Source: the human T2T-CHM13v2.0 reference genome, Homo sapiens. From it: 64,000 nucleotides of DNA. The stretch is taken from the NCBI RefSeq assembly GCF_009914755.1, contig NC_060931.1. One strand, written 5' to 3'. This document shows positions 1 to 16,454 of this stretch, piece by piece (the first letter of the stretch is position 1; each line of letters opens with the position of its first letter). The notes under the pieces were generated by a model. It saw nothing but the letters and a program-made list of their open reading frames with translations, did not search any database and had not been told where the DNA came from. The translations under genes and the position numbers were made by a program.

Positions 1-707
1 GAGGTTGTTGGGATGCTGGAGCCGGAACCCCTCAGGTATCACGGTCAGCACCAACAGGTGCAGCTGGCTTCCAGGATTAAATGTTACCGGTAAGCTGAGT
101 TTGTGTAAATCAAACTCTCTTCTCCCCATTGACTGGATTTAGAGCTGACTCCTCACCTATGCAACTGCCCTCCACAGCCCCTGCTCACAGCCTCAAATTC
201 CTCACTCAAAGTGTCGCCCATCGGCCGCAGCGTCAGCAGGTGCTTCACCTGCCGCATTTTGAGCCTCACCTCAGCCCTTCGGAACGGAGCCTGCGGTTTA
301 ACAGGCTCCCCAGGTGACGCTCACACACACTGATAAACGCCGCTCCAACTCACCCCTCCCTGTGCGCAGAGACGTGGGTCCCCGACTCTTGGTTCACTCC
401 CTGCCTGACCCCTCCCCGTGCGCAGAGATGTGGGTCACCGACTGCCGGTTCACTCCCTGCCTGAGTCTTTCAGGACTTTGGTTTGAAGCACTATAGAATT
501 CGTCCATGTAACTAAAAACCACTAGTACCCCAAAAGTGATAGAAAATTTTAAAAAATCTGTTAAAAAAACCCCAAACAAGTTAAATATTTAAAAATCAGA
601 TAATATTTCATATAAGTTTTTTCAGTGCACTTGAAGTCTTCTTTGGGGACAGGGTGCCTAGTGAATCCGACCCTCCACAAATCCCACCTCATGGCCAACC
701 TTGGTCC

Positions 708-805
708 ACTGCAACCTCCGCCTCCCAGGTTCACATGATTCTCGTGCCTCAGCCGCCTGAGCAGCTGGGATTACAGGCACCCACCACCATGCCTGGCTAT
801 TTTTT
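708..805 (-). mobile_element. Alu right-arm fragment
   Basis: CACTGCAACCTCCGCCTCCCAGGTTCA...GCCTGGCTA. Confidence 0.85.
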
Positions 806-1286
806 AAAGAACTGAGCACTTCAATGAAAAGGCAGAGGTGATCGGGGTGGATTAAAGAGGATTCAATTCTATGCCGTCGATAACAGGCACACTTGAAACA
901 TAAAGATGTAGAGAAGGTAACAGTAAAAAGATGGAAACGCTATTCATAAAAACTGAAATGGCAATATTAATATCAGAAGAGTAGACTTCAGGAAGAGGTG
1001 TATTACCAGGGATAAAGAGGGACATTTCATAATGAAAACAGAGTCAATTCATCAAGAAGATACAATCTTAAATGTGTATGCACCAGTTCTAAAGCTTCAA
1101 AACACGTGAGGCCAAAAGAAAGAAAACTGAAAGGAGAATTGGACAAAATCTACAATGATGGTTGTTGATTTCAACAGTCTTTTTCACTAATTGTTCGAGC
1201 CAATAGATAAAAATGAAGGCTATAGAAGATTTGAATAATAGTATCAACCAACTTGACCTAATTAATGTTTAAAACACTACAATTAA

Positions 1287-1598
<312 letters not shown>

Positions 1599-1992
1599 CA
1601 TACATACTCTTTTCAAGTGTACGTGGAACATTCACCAAGATCTTTTGTTGGTCTATAAAACAAGTCTCAACTTTAAAAGGACTAAAATTATATAGAGTAT
1701 GTTCTCTGACACAATGAAACTAAAGTAGAAACTTATGATAAAAAGGAACCTAGAAGTTTTCTAGATGTTTGGAAATGAAATGACACAGTCCTAAATAACT
1801 CATTGGTTAAATAAGAAACCAAAAGAAACTTTTGAAGATGTTTTGAACTGAATGGAAATAAAAACAAAACATCAAAATGTGTGGAATGCTGCTAAAGCAA
1901 TGCTTAGGGAGGACTTTATAACTTTAAATGATCATATCAGAAAAGAAGAATAATTTAAAATTAATGGTCTAAGTTTCTGCATTAAGAAGCCA

Positions 1993-2302
1993 GGCTGGGA
2001 GTGGTGGTTCACGCCTGTAATCTCAGCACCTTGGGAGGCTGAGGCAGGAGGATCACTTGATGCCAGGAGTTTAAGACCAGCCTGGGCAGCTTAGTGAGAC
2101 CTCATTGCTATAAAAATAAAAATAAAAGGTGGTGTGCACCTGTGGTCTCAGGTACTTGAGAGAATTAGGCAGGATGATCACTTGAGCCCAGGAGCTTGAG
2201 GCTGCAGTGAGCTATGATTGCACCAATGCAATCCAGCCTGGGTGACAGTGAGACCCTGTCTCAAAACAAAACAAAACAACAACAACAACAACAACAACAA
2301 AA
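1993..2302 (+). mobile_element. AluJ with (CAA)n tail
   Basis: Dimeric Alu with J-type features. Confidence 0.9.
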
Positions 2303-2486
2303 CCCCCAGAAAAAAAACAAAAGAAAGAAAGAAGAGGAAAGAAGATAATGAAAATAAAGATAAGAGTGAAAAACAGTAAGTTAGAAAGCTTAAAAACAGT
2401 TTAGAAAACCAAAAGCTGGGTCTTTAAAAAGAGCAACAAAATGGATAAACCTCTAGCTATACACTAAGAAAAAAAGAGAAAAAACA

Positions 2487-2864
<378 letters not shown>

Positions 2865-3376
2865 TTAGGAATATTGTTTTAAAAACATTATGCCCACAAT
2901 TCTATAATATGAATGATAAGAACAGAAATTACTCAAAAGATATACATTCCCAAAATTGACTTAAGAAGAAATAGACAGTCTGAATTAGCCCTATATCTAT
3001 TTGAAAAGTTGAAGTCATTATCAGAAACTCTCCCACAAAGAAAATTCCAGACTCATACAGCTTCACTGGTGAATTCTGTCAAACATTTAAGGAAGAAATA
3101 ACACAAATCTTACATAAATACTTTCAGAAAACAGAGGAAAAAGCAACACTTCCCACCCATTTTATGTGGCCAATATTATGCTGATTCCAGAATCAACCAA
3201 AAAACATTACAGGAATAGAAAACTAGGAACCAGCATACTTCATGAACATAGATACGAAAATCCTTAATGGGATTAGCAATAACTTCAAAAATATATAGAG
3301 AGGATAACACATCATGAGCAAGTGAGATTTATTCCAGAAATGCTAGTCCATTCAACATTAAAAAATCTACCAATGT

Positions 3377-3675
<299 letters not shown>

Positions 3676-4324
3676 TCAACCAATGTGCATCACCATATTA
3701 AGAGAATAAAGAACGGAAAAATCATCTGATTACTTCAATCTATGCAGAAAAGTCATTGGGCAAATTTCAGCATCCATTCATATTAAAAACTTCCACAAAT
3801 TAGAATAGAAGGGACTGTTCCCCAAAGACTGGGACCAAGGCAAGGATATTCACACTGACCACTTCTATTCAACATTGTGTTGAAGTTTCTAGTTAATCCA
3901 ATAAGACAGAAAATAAAAAGGACGAAGACTGGAAAGGAAGAGGTAACCTGCCATTATTTGCAGAAAACATGATTGTCTAAAAGAAATCCAAAGTAATCTA
4001 CAGAAAAATCTGCTAGAATTAATAATATTCAATTAACAATGATTAATAATTATTTGCTAAATTAGCAAAGCCACAGAAGGTCAATATACAAAAGCCAAAA
4101 ACCCTAATATCCAGAAACATAACACACGTAGGATTTAAGATAAGGAAAGCTTTGTAAAGTGTCTGCACCAAGAACTACAAAGCATTGCTAAGAAAAATTA
4201 AGGAAGCCCTAAGTCAAACAGAGAGATATATCATGTTCATTGATTGGAAGATTCCTTAATATTGGTTTTTGGTGTTTTTTTTCTTTTGTTGTTGTTTGTT
4301 TGTTTTTTTGTTTTTATTTATTTA

Positions 4325-4602
4325 TTTTTTTTGAGGCAGGGTTGTGCTGTGTTGTCCAGGCTGGAGTGCAGTGGTGCAATCATAGTTCACTGCAGCCTCA
4401 GACTCTTGGTTCAAGCGATCTTCCTGCCTCAGCCTCCCAAGTAGCTGGAATTACAGGCACACATCACCACACCCAGCTAATTTTTGTATTTTTTGTAGAG
4501 ACAGGGTTTCACCATGTTGGCCCAGGCTGAGCTCAGGCAATCCTCCCACCTCGGCCTCTCAGACAGTGCTGGGATTACAGGCATAAGCCACCATGCCTGG
4601 CC
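4325..4602 (-). mobile_element. AluJ
   Basis: Dimeric Alu with a T-rich tail. Confidence 0.9.
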
Positions 4603-5294
4603 TGGAACTCTCATACATAGCTGGTGAGGGTGTAAAATAGGACAACCACTTTAGAAAACGGTTTGGTAAATTAAATATATACCTATTCTGATGACTTAGC
4701 AAATACCTAGGGTTCTAGGACCCAGGACCCCTATGTATTTACTCAAGGAAAATGAAAATATGTCCACACAAAGACTTGTGTGTGGTTAAACTGATAACAA
4801 CTTCATTCATAATAGCCTCAAGCTGGAAACCACCCCAGTTACCCAACAGGAGGAAGGATAAACAAATTGTGGTAATAAAAATAAACAGGAAAGAGACATG
4901 CAACAACGTGGAAGAATCCGAAAACATGCAGAGTGAAAGAAACCAGACACGAAAAGGTACACACTGTGTGATTCCAGGTATGTGAAGCCCCCGGACAGAC
5001 AAAGCTACCCAACGTGAAAGAAATCAGAACAGTGATTGTCCCAACAGCTTCTGGTGGGAAGGATGGAAACTGAGCAGGAGGGGCATGAGGAAACTCTTGA
5101 GAGCACTGAAGATGTTCTGTATCTTGATGGATTATGGGTTACGTTCGTCAAAAACGGTTGAACTATCTACCGTGCACTTAAGATCTGTGCATTTCACGGT
5201 GTACAAATTATATCTCAATTTAGAAAAAAGAAATGAGAATGGATCTGAAGTGATCCCTCCAATACAATACTGTGCTTTCACACCTCTGAAATCT

Positions 5295-5775
5295 TTTATT
5301 TGATTTTTAATTTTCATTTTTTATGTCCATAGGTTTTTGGGGGTACAGGTGGTATTGGGTTACATGAGTAAGTTCTTCAGTGGTGATTTGTGAGATTTTG
5401 GTGAACCCATCACCCAAGCAGTATACACTGAACCCAATATGTAATCCTTTATCCCTCTCCCCATCCCACCCTTTCCCCACTAAGTTCCCCAAATCCACTG
5501 TGTCATTCTTATGCCTTTGCATCCTCTTAGCTTAACTCCCACTTATGAGCCAGAACATACGATGTTTGGTTTTCCATTCCTGAGTTACTTCACTTAGAAT
5601 AATAGTCTCCAATCTCATCCAGGGCCCTGCAAATGCCACTAATTCATGCCTTTTTATGACTAAGTAGTATTCCATCGTATAGATATACCACAGTTTCTTT
5701 ATCCACTTGTTGACTGATGGGCATTTGGGCTGGTTCCATATTTTTGCAATTTTGAATTGTGCTGCTATACACAAG
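5295..5775 (-). mobile_element. L1PB-type 3' end
   Basis: Encodes the L1 ORF2 C-terminus (KIWNQPKCPS...WYIYTMEYY); TSD about ACACCyyTGAAATCT. Confidence 0.88.
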
Positions 5776-5942
5776 CGTACACCCTTGAAATCTGAAATGA
5801 TAGCTCAGTGGGCCTGGGGAGAGGGGTAGAATTCCAGCAGATACTCCAGGAATAAACCAGATCCCAATGGGCCCTTGGTGTTGTTTGCACCTGTGATCCC
5901 CATGCACACAGGTGATGGGGGATGGCTAAGTTAGACGACATC

Positions 5943-6740
5943 TGTGTTTCCTAGAGCTGCAGTAAAAAATTATCACAAATTTAGCAGCTTAAAACAATGG
6001 AAATGTATTCTCTCCCAGTTCTGGAGGCCAGAAGTCCAAAATCAGGGTGTCGGCCAGAGGGGCTCCTTCTGGAAGCTCAGAGGGAGAGTTTTTTCCAAGC
6101 CTCTTTCCCAGATTCTAGTGATTTCTGATGATCTCTGGCATTTCTTGACTTGTAGATACCTCACTCCAATCTCTGCCTCCGTCATCACACGGCTTTCCCT
6201 GTGCATCTCTGCACAGCCTCTCTTCTTTTTATTTCTTTTTAAAAAATATTTATTTATTCAGAGACAGGGTCTCACTCTGTTGTCCAGCTGGAGTGCAATG
6301 GCACAAACACGGGTCACTGCAGCCTTGACCTCCCAGGCTCAAGTGATCCTCTCACCTCAGCCTCCTAAGAAGCTGAGACTACAGGTGCATGCCACCATGC
6401 CCAGCTAATTAAAAACTTTTGTGTGGGGGGTAGAGATGGGGTCTTGCTGTGTTTCTCAGGCTGATCTTGAACTCCTGGGCTCAAGTGACCCTCCCATGTT
6501 GGCCTCCCAAAGTGTTTTGATTACAGGTGTCAGCCACCAGGCCTGGCCAGTCTGTCTGTCTCTCTCCTCTCGTTCTCCTTTTTGTAAGGAGGCCAGTCAT
6601 TAGATTCAGCCCCCACCTCCTTATCCAGTATAATCTGTTTTTAACTTAACTAACCCCATGTGCAGAGACCCCATTTCCAAGTTAGGCCACACTCTGAGGT
6701 TCCAGGTGGGCAGGAAATCTGGGAGACATTATTTCCTCCA
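5943..6740 (-). mobile_element. MLT1 (MaLR) solo LTR interrupted by AluJ (about 6250-6548, minus)
   Basis: TTTCCTAGAGCTGC...CAGTTCTGGAGGCCAGAAGTCCAAAATCA signature. Confidence 0.8.
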
Positions 6741-7512
6741 CTGCAGTCCATGCTCTGGCCAAAGTACAGGCAAGTTTCAATGAAGGTGAAAATACAGCAC
6801 AGGGCCTGGGTCTTCATAGGGGCCTTCAACAACCCATGTGTGGGTTTGGGACATGGAAGCCCAGGCCATGGAAAGCAGATCATGAATTAGAATTTGAAAG
6901 AGCACGATGTGTGGGTGTGCGGGGCCATGATCGCACCAGAGGAGGGATGGAGAAGGCATTTCTGGGGGTTCTTGGGAAGAAAGTGCATTTCTAGTGACCC
7001 CACCCTGGCATCTGATCCACCCAGAGGCATTGCTAAAATTTGAAGGCCCCGAAAAGCTTTGAGAACACACCCGTGACACGTGCGAAGTCTACGGGAAAGA
7101 GAGGCGGCGGACTCGCCAGGGGAAAGCTCATATCCAGGGACGCAGCAGAAGGTGGGCCCCGTGATCCGGGTCGGAGCTGCTTTTAATTGCCTTTGCTTTT
7201 CCTGCACAAAGGAGTCTGGGCCATTTGGCTTTCTCTGCAGAAGAATTAACCTTTAGCAGGATGGATAATTGATCCTCAGCAGGGGAAACGTCCCGTGGGT
7301 TTTGACGCAGAACCGGCTCTCGGTAAACCTGTCCCTGCCACACCCTGCAAAGCTCCCGCCCCTGCCTCCTCTTGTCTGGAGCTGTCTCCCTTCTAGCTCG
7401 CCAAATGCTCAGGGTTCCTATATTTTAAAAAATCTTGTCCCATCAAACTCTGCTTTCAGGAATGGCACGAAGAGCCGACACGCACGGTGAGCAGCTGCCT
7501 TCTGCAGATGGA

Positions 7513-7558
7513 ACGCCTCACCTGGGACGCCTCACCTGGGACGCCTCACCTGGGACGC
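7513..7558. repeat. 14-bp tandem repeat (ACGCCTCACCTGGG)x3.3
   Basis: Three perfect copies seen directly. Confidence 0.95.
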
Positions 7559-8009
7559 AGGCGTTCCTGTTCCTAGTCACGCCCTGAGCCCTGGATTCCT
7601 GCCCAAGCTCACATAGCAGGGACTGGCCCAGCCCCATTCACTCATGCATGTCTGACCCCAAGGCAGGGCTGGTGGCCTCTAAATCCTCCCGCTAGGGTTT
7701 CAGCGCCTGGCTGCGTTGAAGGTATCACCTTTTCTACGAACACCTGTTCTGAACAGTGAAAATAGCTATTCCTAACAGAGGAGTTGCAAGCTCCAGGGAT
7801 CTGTGTGTGCGTTGGGGAGAGTGGAGTACATCATTTCTGGAAAACGGGGCCTCAAAACGTAGCGCCGTTTACAGATGAGAAAAGATGCATTTAGAGGCTT
7901 GAACTGGAATGGGCTGTACACAGGACTGCCTTGCCAGACAGCGGCTCAGAAGTCTTCAAAAACGTTTGAAGATGCCCCGTTAAAAGCGTTTGGTTATCTG
8001 TTGGTAACA

Positions 8010-9364
8010 GTGCTGGTCTGCTCAGCCTGCCTTAACAGAATACCACAGACTGGGTGGCCTAAGCAAGAGAAATTCACTTTCTCACAGTGCTGGACACTGG
8101 AAGTCTGAGATCAAGGTGCCAGCAGGGTTGGTTTCTGGTGAGGCTCTTCTACCTTCCTTGCAGGTGGCCACCTCCTGGCTGTGTCCTCAAATGGCCTTTA
8201 CTTCCATGCACGTGAACCTGGTGTCTCTTCCTCTTCTTACAAGGACACCAGTGCTGTGGGATCAGGTCCCCACCCTCATGGTCTTATTTAAAATTGCCTC
8301 CTTAAGATTCCTCAAATAAATAAAAATTGAGCTACCATTTGACCCAGCAATCCCACTACTTGGTGTCTACACAAAGGAAAACGAATCATTGTACTAAAAA
8401 GATACCCACGCCCTTATGTTCATGGCAGCGCTAGTCACAAAGCGAAGATGGAATCAATCTAGGTGCCCATCAACGGTGGATTGGATAAAGAAAATGTGGC
8501 ATATATACACCATGGAATACCACACAGCCATAAAAAGGAACAAAATCGTGTCCTTTGCAGCAACATGGATACAGCTGGAGGCCATAATCCTAAGTGAATT
8601 AACAGATGAACAGAAAACCAAATACTGCATGTTCTCACTTAAAAGTGGGAGCTGAATGAGGAGAACACATGGACATAAAGATGGGAACAACACACACTGA
8701 GGTCTGCAAGATCAGGGAGTGAAGGAAGTGGGCAAGGGTTGAAAAACTACTGATTGATATGGTTTGCCTCTGTGTCCCCACCCAAATCTCACCTTGAATT
8801 GTAATAATCCCCTTGTGTCAAGGGCGGGACCAGGTGGTGGTAATTGAATTACAGGGCTAGTTTCCACCATGCTGTTCTCCTGACAGTGAGTGAGTTCTCA
8901 CGAGATCTGATGGTTTATAAGCATCTGGCATTTCCCCTGCTTGCACTCATTCTCTCTCCTGCCGCCATGTGAAGAGGTGCCTTCTGCCATGACTGTAAGT
9001 TTCCTGAGGCCTCTCCAGCCATGTAGATCTGTGAGTCAATTAAACGTCCTTTCTTTATAAATTACCCAGTCTTGGGTATTTCTGCTTAGCAGCATGAGAA
9101 CAGACTAATACAACCACCTATTTGATGTTCACTATTTGGGTGATGGGTTCAGTAGAATTCCAAACCTGAGCATTATGCAATGTCCCTATGTCACACACAA
9201 ACCTGCACATGTACCCCCGGAATCTAAAATTTCCAAAAAGAGAAACAATAACTAAAAAGAAAAACCAATCACTCCCTGCTTAAAGGCCCCATCTCCAAAT
9301 ACAATCACATTGGGAGTTTGGGCTTCAACATGTGAATTTGGGGGACACCATTCGGTCCATCACA
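8010..9364 (-). mobile_element. MLT1A LTR split by an L1 3' end (about 8305-9265, +), itself split by THE1D
   Basis: MLT1A halves at 8010-8305 and 9270-9364; L1 ORF2 C-terminal ORF at 8416-8655. Confidence 0.8.
8751..9112 (+). mobile_element. THE1D solo LTR
   Basis: TGATATGGTTTG...GTCCCCACCCAAATCTCA...CAGACTAATACA; TSD ACTAC/ACCAC. Confidence 0.85.
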
Positions 9365-10053
9365 GTAACCAAGCCTGCTATCCCTCCCCGTCCTGATGGG
9401 ATGTGTGAACGAAAGTGGACTTTTTTAAGAAAGGAGGCTTGACTTGACAACACCCAAACGAACAGTCCTTTAAGACAGTGTTTCCGGCAATTTCCCAATT
9501 GCTCCACATGTTTTCTGGAATTTCTTCCTCTGAACTGCTGCAATTCTAAAGCTTGAGAAACAGTTGCAGAGGGTGAGAATCTGCATTCTTCCCTGTGCAG
9601 TGACACCATCGCTGGGATAGGCACAGAGACCAAACAGCGGCCACATCGAATGACCTCACATTTCCCAGCCTCTGTGCACACGCCCATGCTGTTCCATGCA
9701 CCGGGAACACCCTTCCCATCATGTCCATGTACAAGGCACACCCCTTAGGGCTCAGGGCCACTGTTGCCTGAACTCCATGGCAGTTCCATGCCTGCTTCCT
9801 CCACCGCTCCCAAGCTGCAACTTTCAGACTCACACTTGTCACATGGGATTGTGCTTTTTGGCCTCCTTCACTTGGCAATTTGCCCTGGAAACCAGCAGAC
9901 CTGTCTTGTCACCAGGAGGGCCTCAGTCATCAAGGCACTCTGCAGATGTCTGTCTAATCTTGTGGAGGTGACGTCCTAGCCAGCTCCCCCCAACCCCACC
10001 CACACCAAAAGCTGCCACTGCCTGGTTTTGTCACAAAGAAAAACAGGGAATAA

Positions 10054-10408
<355 letters not shown>

Positions 10409-11372
10409 TTCCGGGACTATCTTAGACCACCAAGCCCAGAGTGTAACAATTAAGGGTGTTTGGGTTGAATAACCCCCCAGGTACCTCAGTCTCAGGAGGA
10501 ATCCCTGGGCGTGAGTTCTGCCCATCTGCCCAGCCTCCCCATGGGATGGAGTCCCTGTCATTCACCGTAGTGACAGGCTCCATAACATTCCCTTTATCAG
10601 CTGCCCCTCGACGCTGTACCACTTCCCCACCCCAAGATCCTCATCCCCGGCAACTCCCAGATGAACTAGTTGCATTCAAACCCTCATCTCAGAGACTGCT
10701 TTGCGGGGGCACGCAAATGATGATGCAGTCCGGGATGGCAGATGTTGCTCTGGACAGGTGGCATGGAGCTCAGATCCCAGCTCCGATAAAGGCTCGTTGG
10801 AGCTGGCCAGATTCAAAGCAAACAACAAGCAAAAATGCCTGCCCTCCCCTACCCACCCCAACAAATCTCAGATGAGAACCTCAGATGGTGCAGATGGACA
10901 GGGCACCATTTTTCAGGAGAGGGAAAGCCGGGGTCATCCTGAAACTCCCTTCAGCTCAGCCCACAGGGGAGGCAGGGCGAGGATGGAGGCTGATGGTTGT
11001 GGGTGAGTGGCCCTAGGCATGGCTCAGTTCTGAGTCTTCTTGTGGGCCTGACTTAGCTGAGAGGCAGTCCTGAGATGCTCAGGCCCACAGCAGGGACAGC
11101 AGCGGCTGCTACCACCTCCGTGCTGAGAAAAAAACAACAAGCTGCCCAGAACTGAGACACCCCACCCAGCAGCAACCAGGGGCTCCGGGGACAGGATGGT
11201 GGTCTGGGCCCTGGGCTCTCAGCTCACATTCTACAGTGAAAAGATGGACGTCTTTTTATTTTTATGCAGAATCAAGCTGACAGGGTCTAATTCTTTCCCC
11301 CAAGGAAAGATTAAGTGGGGAGGTTGAACTTGGGATGGTAGAACGAGCTCTGTGCTGGAAAATCTACGTTTA

Positions 11373-12536
<1,164 letters not shown>

Positions 12537-12633
12537 CGTCTCTGTGGCCTGGGGCAAATGCTTAACCTCTCCCGACCTCGGTTTCCTCGTCTGTAAAGGG
12601 AATAGGATTCAAAGCCTTCCAAAGTGCATTTCA

Positions 12634-12876
12634 GGATGTGAGGGTAATCTGGCTGCAACAGCTGTCACCCCCATTGATCACCAGAGTTGATTTGGCTGAT
12701 CTGGTTGGCTAGGCGGGTGTCCCCTTCCTCCCTCACCGCTCCACATGTGTCCCTCCTGAGGCTGCATACTTGGTCAAAGAGGATGACCATCCCCGAGAGA
12801 GGAAGACCGGTCTTCCATCAAGGGTACAGAAGTAGCCGCGCTCCCCTGCTAGAACCTCCAAACAAACTCTCAAGGT
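12634..12876 (+). pseudogene. 7SK snRNA retropseudogene (RN7SKP family), 3'-truncated and tailless
   Basis: Colinear match to 7SK nt 1 to about 243 (GGATGTGAGGG...GGCTAGGCGGGTGTCCCCTTCCTCCCTCACCGCTCC...CTAGAACCTCCAAACAA...CTCAAGGT). TSD CAAAGTGCATTTCA at 12620-12633 and 12878-12891. Confidence 0.95.
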
Positions 12877-13109
12877 GCAAAGTGCATTTCAGCTCAAATA
12901 GTCAATGCACTCTTTCAACAATAGTGAATCAGTTTCCTGGTTTTATCATAACACGTAACGCCCTTTCTCCAGTTTATCAAAAAATTCCCTAAAAGGACCA
13001 GAATGCTTTGTCAGTCCTTCTTAAACATCAATGTCTACATGACTCAGCTGGAGATCCTGTTCAATGCAGGAGGTCACAGATGGGGCCTAGAAATCTGCAT
13101 TTTAATGTG

Positions 13110-14250
<1,141 letters not shown>

Positions 14251-14254
14251 GGCA

Positions 14255-14420
14255 GTATCTCATTTAATCCTAGAACAACTCCCAAGGAAGGCTCTAGAAT
14301 CACGTGCACTTTACAGATTGGAGACACAGCATCTGGAGAGGTCTGGGGATGTGCCCACGGCCACAGCTGGTGAGTGGTAATGGCCAGGACTTGCACTGAA
14401 GTCAGCTCCTCCATGCTCAA
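14255..14420 (-). mobile_element. MIR
   Basis: ATCTCATTTAATCCT...TTTACAGAT...GCCCACGGCCACAGCTGGTGAGTGG core. Confidence 0.7.
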
Positions 14421-15613
14421 TCCCCTGCCGCCCTCTTCTGAGCACCAGGTGATGTGAGATCAACCATGTTTTTAAAAATCTCACCCCTTCATGCCTGCAG
14501 CAAGGCAGCTGGGGATGAAGATCTATCACAGAAGGACAGAAATGGGGACTCAGTTACACTCAGGAATAACAAAACAGAGTTAATAAAGATAGAGGTGACT
14601 TTTTCAGGTTCCCCAGCTCCAGCCGTGATTAATTTACAGCTTTTTACATGCTAATGTTTTCCTGCCTTCTGCTCATAATAAATAACCAATATGCTTTAAT
14701 ACCTAGTTATTATTCATCCCTTTCAGATACTTGGATTTTGATTCTTTGCTGCAGCTCAATCACATTGAATTTCTTTAACCAGGACAGCTCCATTAAGAGT
14801 CCCTTGCAAGGACACCCTGGCGGGGCGGTGACAGTAACAGGTAACGGGTGACGAGAGAGTGAGGAGCTGCCACACGAAATATTGGCAGCCATGGGGAAAG
14901 AAAGGGGAGGCCGTAATAAAAAACACCACCAAACTACATTTAAGTAACGCGGAGGTGATAACACAGACCAATAAAACCAGGGAACGCACAGTGAAGGTTG
15001 ACACGCCATCCTTAACGCGCCTCCCCGGCTTGTTTCTGCAATAGAAACTCACATCCATTTAATCACCTTTCTGACATGGAGCGTTCCCTTATATTGGGAT
15101 AAGAATGGCTCGTCATCCCTCCCACCCCCTCCACCTGCCGGGCTGTGTATTTCAGAAAGTTCCTTGGAACTTTCTCCATCTTCTCTCCCTCCCAGTGGTT
15201 TTCAAGCAGAGAAGGCCAGCTCATCAAGAGACATGCATGCGAGTTAATAGAATTGCTTCCTTCTAACGAAGCTGTTCCTTCTCCTGCAATCCAAGAGCTC
15301 TCTGGCAATCCTGTTCCCCATTTGACACACGGCGACTCACGTTCCTCCAGGCCCACTGAGGACTGAACGTGGCAATCCTCATCCTGCTCTGCGGCTGCCC
15401 CAAGAACAGCAGCCTCACTCCTGGGGCTTCTGGGCAGCCACTTTCCTTGGCCACCTGGACCCTCGTAGGTCAGTCCTCTGCCTCCCATGCTGGGCCACTC
15501 CTTCCACTGTAGGAACCACCCAAGGTGTTTCCAATACAGGAAGCCCTTTCTCAGGGACAGCACTTTGTATCTTTCTTGAACTCATCTGGGACTACTTCCC
15601 GTATAATGTGGTG

Positions 15614-15785
15614 TTTTTTTGTTTTTAAGAGATGGGGTCTTGCTATGTTGCCCAGGCTGAAGTACACTGGCCATTCACAGGCGTGATCACAGCACACTAC
15701 AGTCTGAAACTCCTAGGCTCAAGCAATCCACCTGCCTCAGCCTCCTGAATAGCTGGAACAATGGGTGTGTGCCACTGTGCCCAGC
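15614..15785 (-). mobile_element. FAM (fossil Alu monomer)
   Basis: Monomer retaining the 7SL-like GGCCATTCACAGGCGTGATC segment absent from dimeric Alu arms. Confidence 0.8.
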
Positions 15786-15822
15786 TCAGAATAATGTTTT
15801 TAAATACATAGAATAACATATA

Positions 15823-16123
15823 GGCCGCGTACAGTGGCTCATGCCTGTAATCCCAGCACTTTGGGAGGCCGAGGCGGGTGGATCACTTGAGGTCAAGAGT
15901 TCGAGACCAGCCGGGCCAACATGGTGAAACCCTGTCTACTAAAAATACAAAAATTAGCCGGGCGTGGTGGTGCGGGCCTGTAGTACCAGCTACTCAGGAG
16001 ACTGACGGAGGAGAATCGCTTGAACCCAGGAGGTGGAGGTTGCAGTGAGCTGAGATCGTGACATTGCACTCCAGACAGTAAACAAATGAAACTGCATCTC
16101 AAAAACAAACAAACAAACAAAAA
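15823..16123 (+). mobile_element. AluS
   Basis: Dimer with (CAAA)n tail. Confidence 0.9.
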
Positions 16124-16402
16124 GCTTCTGCGGAGGCCTCAGGAGACTTATAATCATGGTGGAAGGGCAAAGGGGAAGCCAGCACATTTATGTCAGGAGC
16201 GGGAGGAAGAGAGAGAGAAGGGAAAGGTGCCACATCCTTTTAAACAACCAGATCTGGTGAGAGCTCACTCACTGTCAGGAAAACAGCAAGGGGGATGTCC
16301 ATCCCTCCCCATGATCCAGTCGCCTCCCACCAGGACCCTCCTCCAACACTCAGTCACAACTGGACATGAGATTTGGGTGGGGACACAGAGTCAAACCGTA
16401 TC
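16124..16402 (-). mobile_element. MSTA LTR, partial
   Basis: GGCCTCAGG...AATCATGG...GAGATTTGGGTGGGGACACAGAGTCAAACCGTATCA. Confidence 0.8.
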
Positions 16403-16454
16403 ACTCGGCCTCCCAAAATGCGAGGATTTACAGATGTGAGCCACCACACCTGGC

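Noticed and set aside
1-96. + strand donor-like CCG|GTAAGC after an open stretch
   Set aside because: The acceptor and upstream context are outside the window, and no product is recognisable.
8416-8655. ORFs resembling the L1 ORF2 C-terminus (also 5532-5774 and 58423-58662)
   Set aside because: Truncated, dead L1 3' fragments.
12634-12876. Functional 7SK gene
   Set aside because: 3'-truncated, diverged and TSD-flanked, with no upstream PSE/TATA or oligo-T terminator.
14756-15058. Minus-strand acceptor (TTTCTATTGCAG) and a hydrophobic ORF as a possible coding exon
   Set aside because: No similarity to CARD11 or any family I recognise, and no convincing downstream donor.
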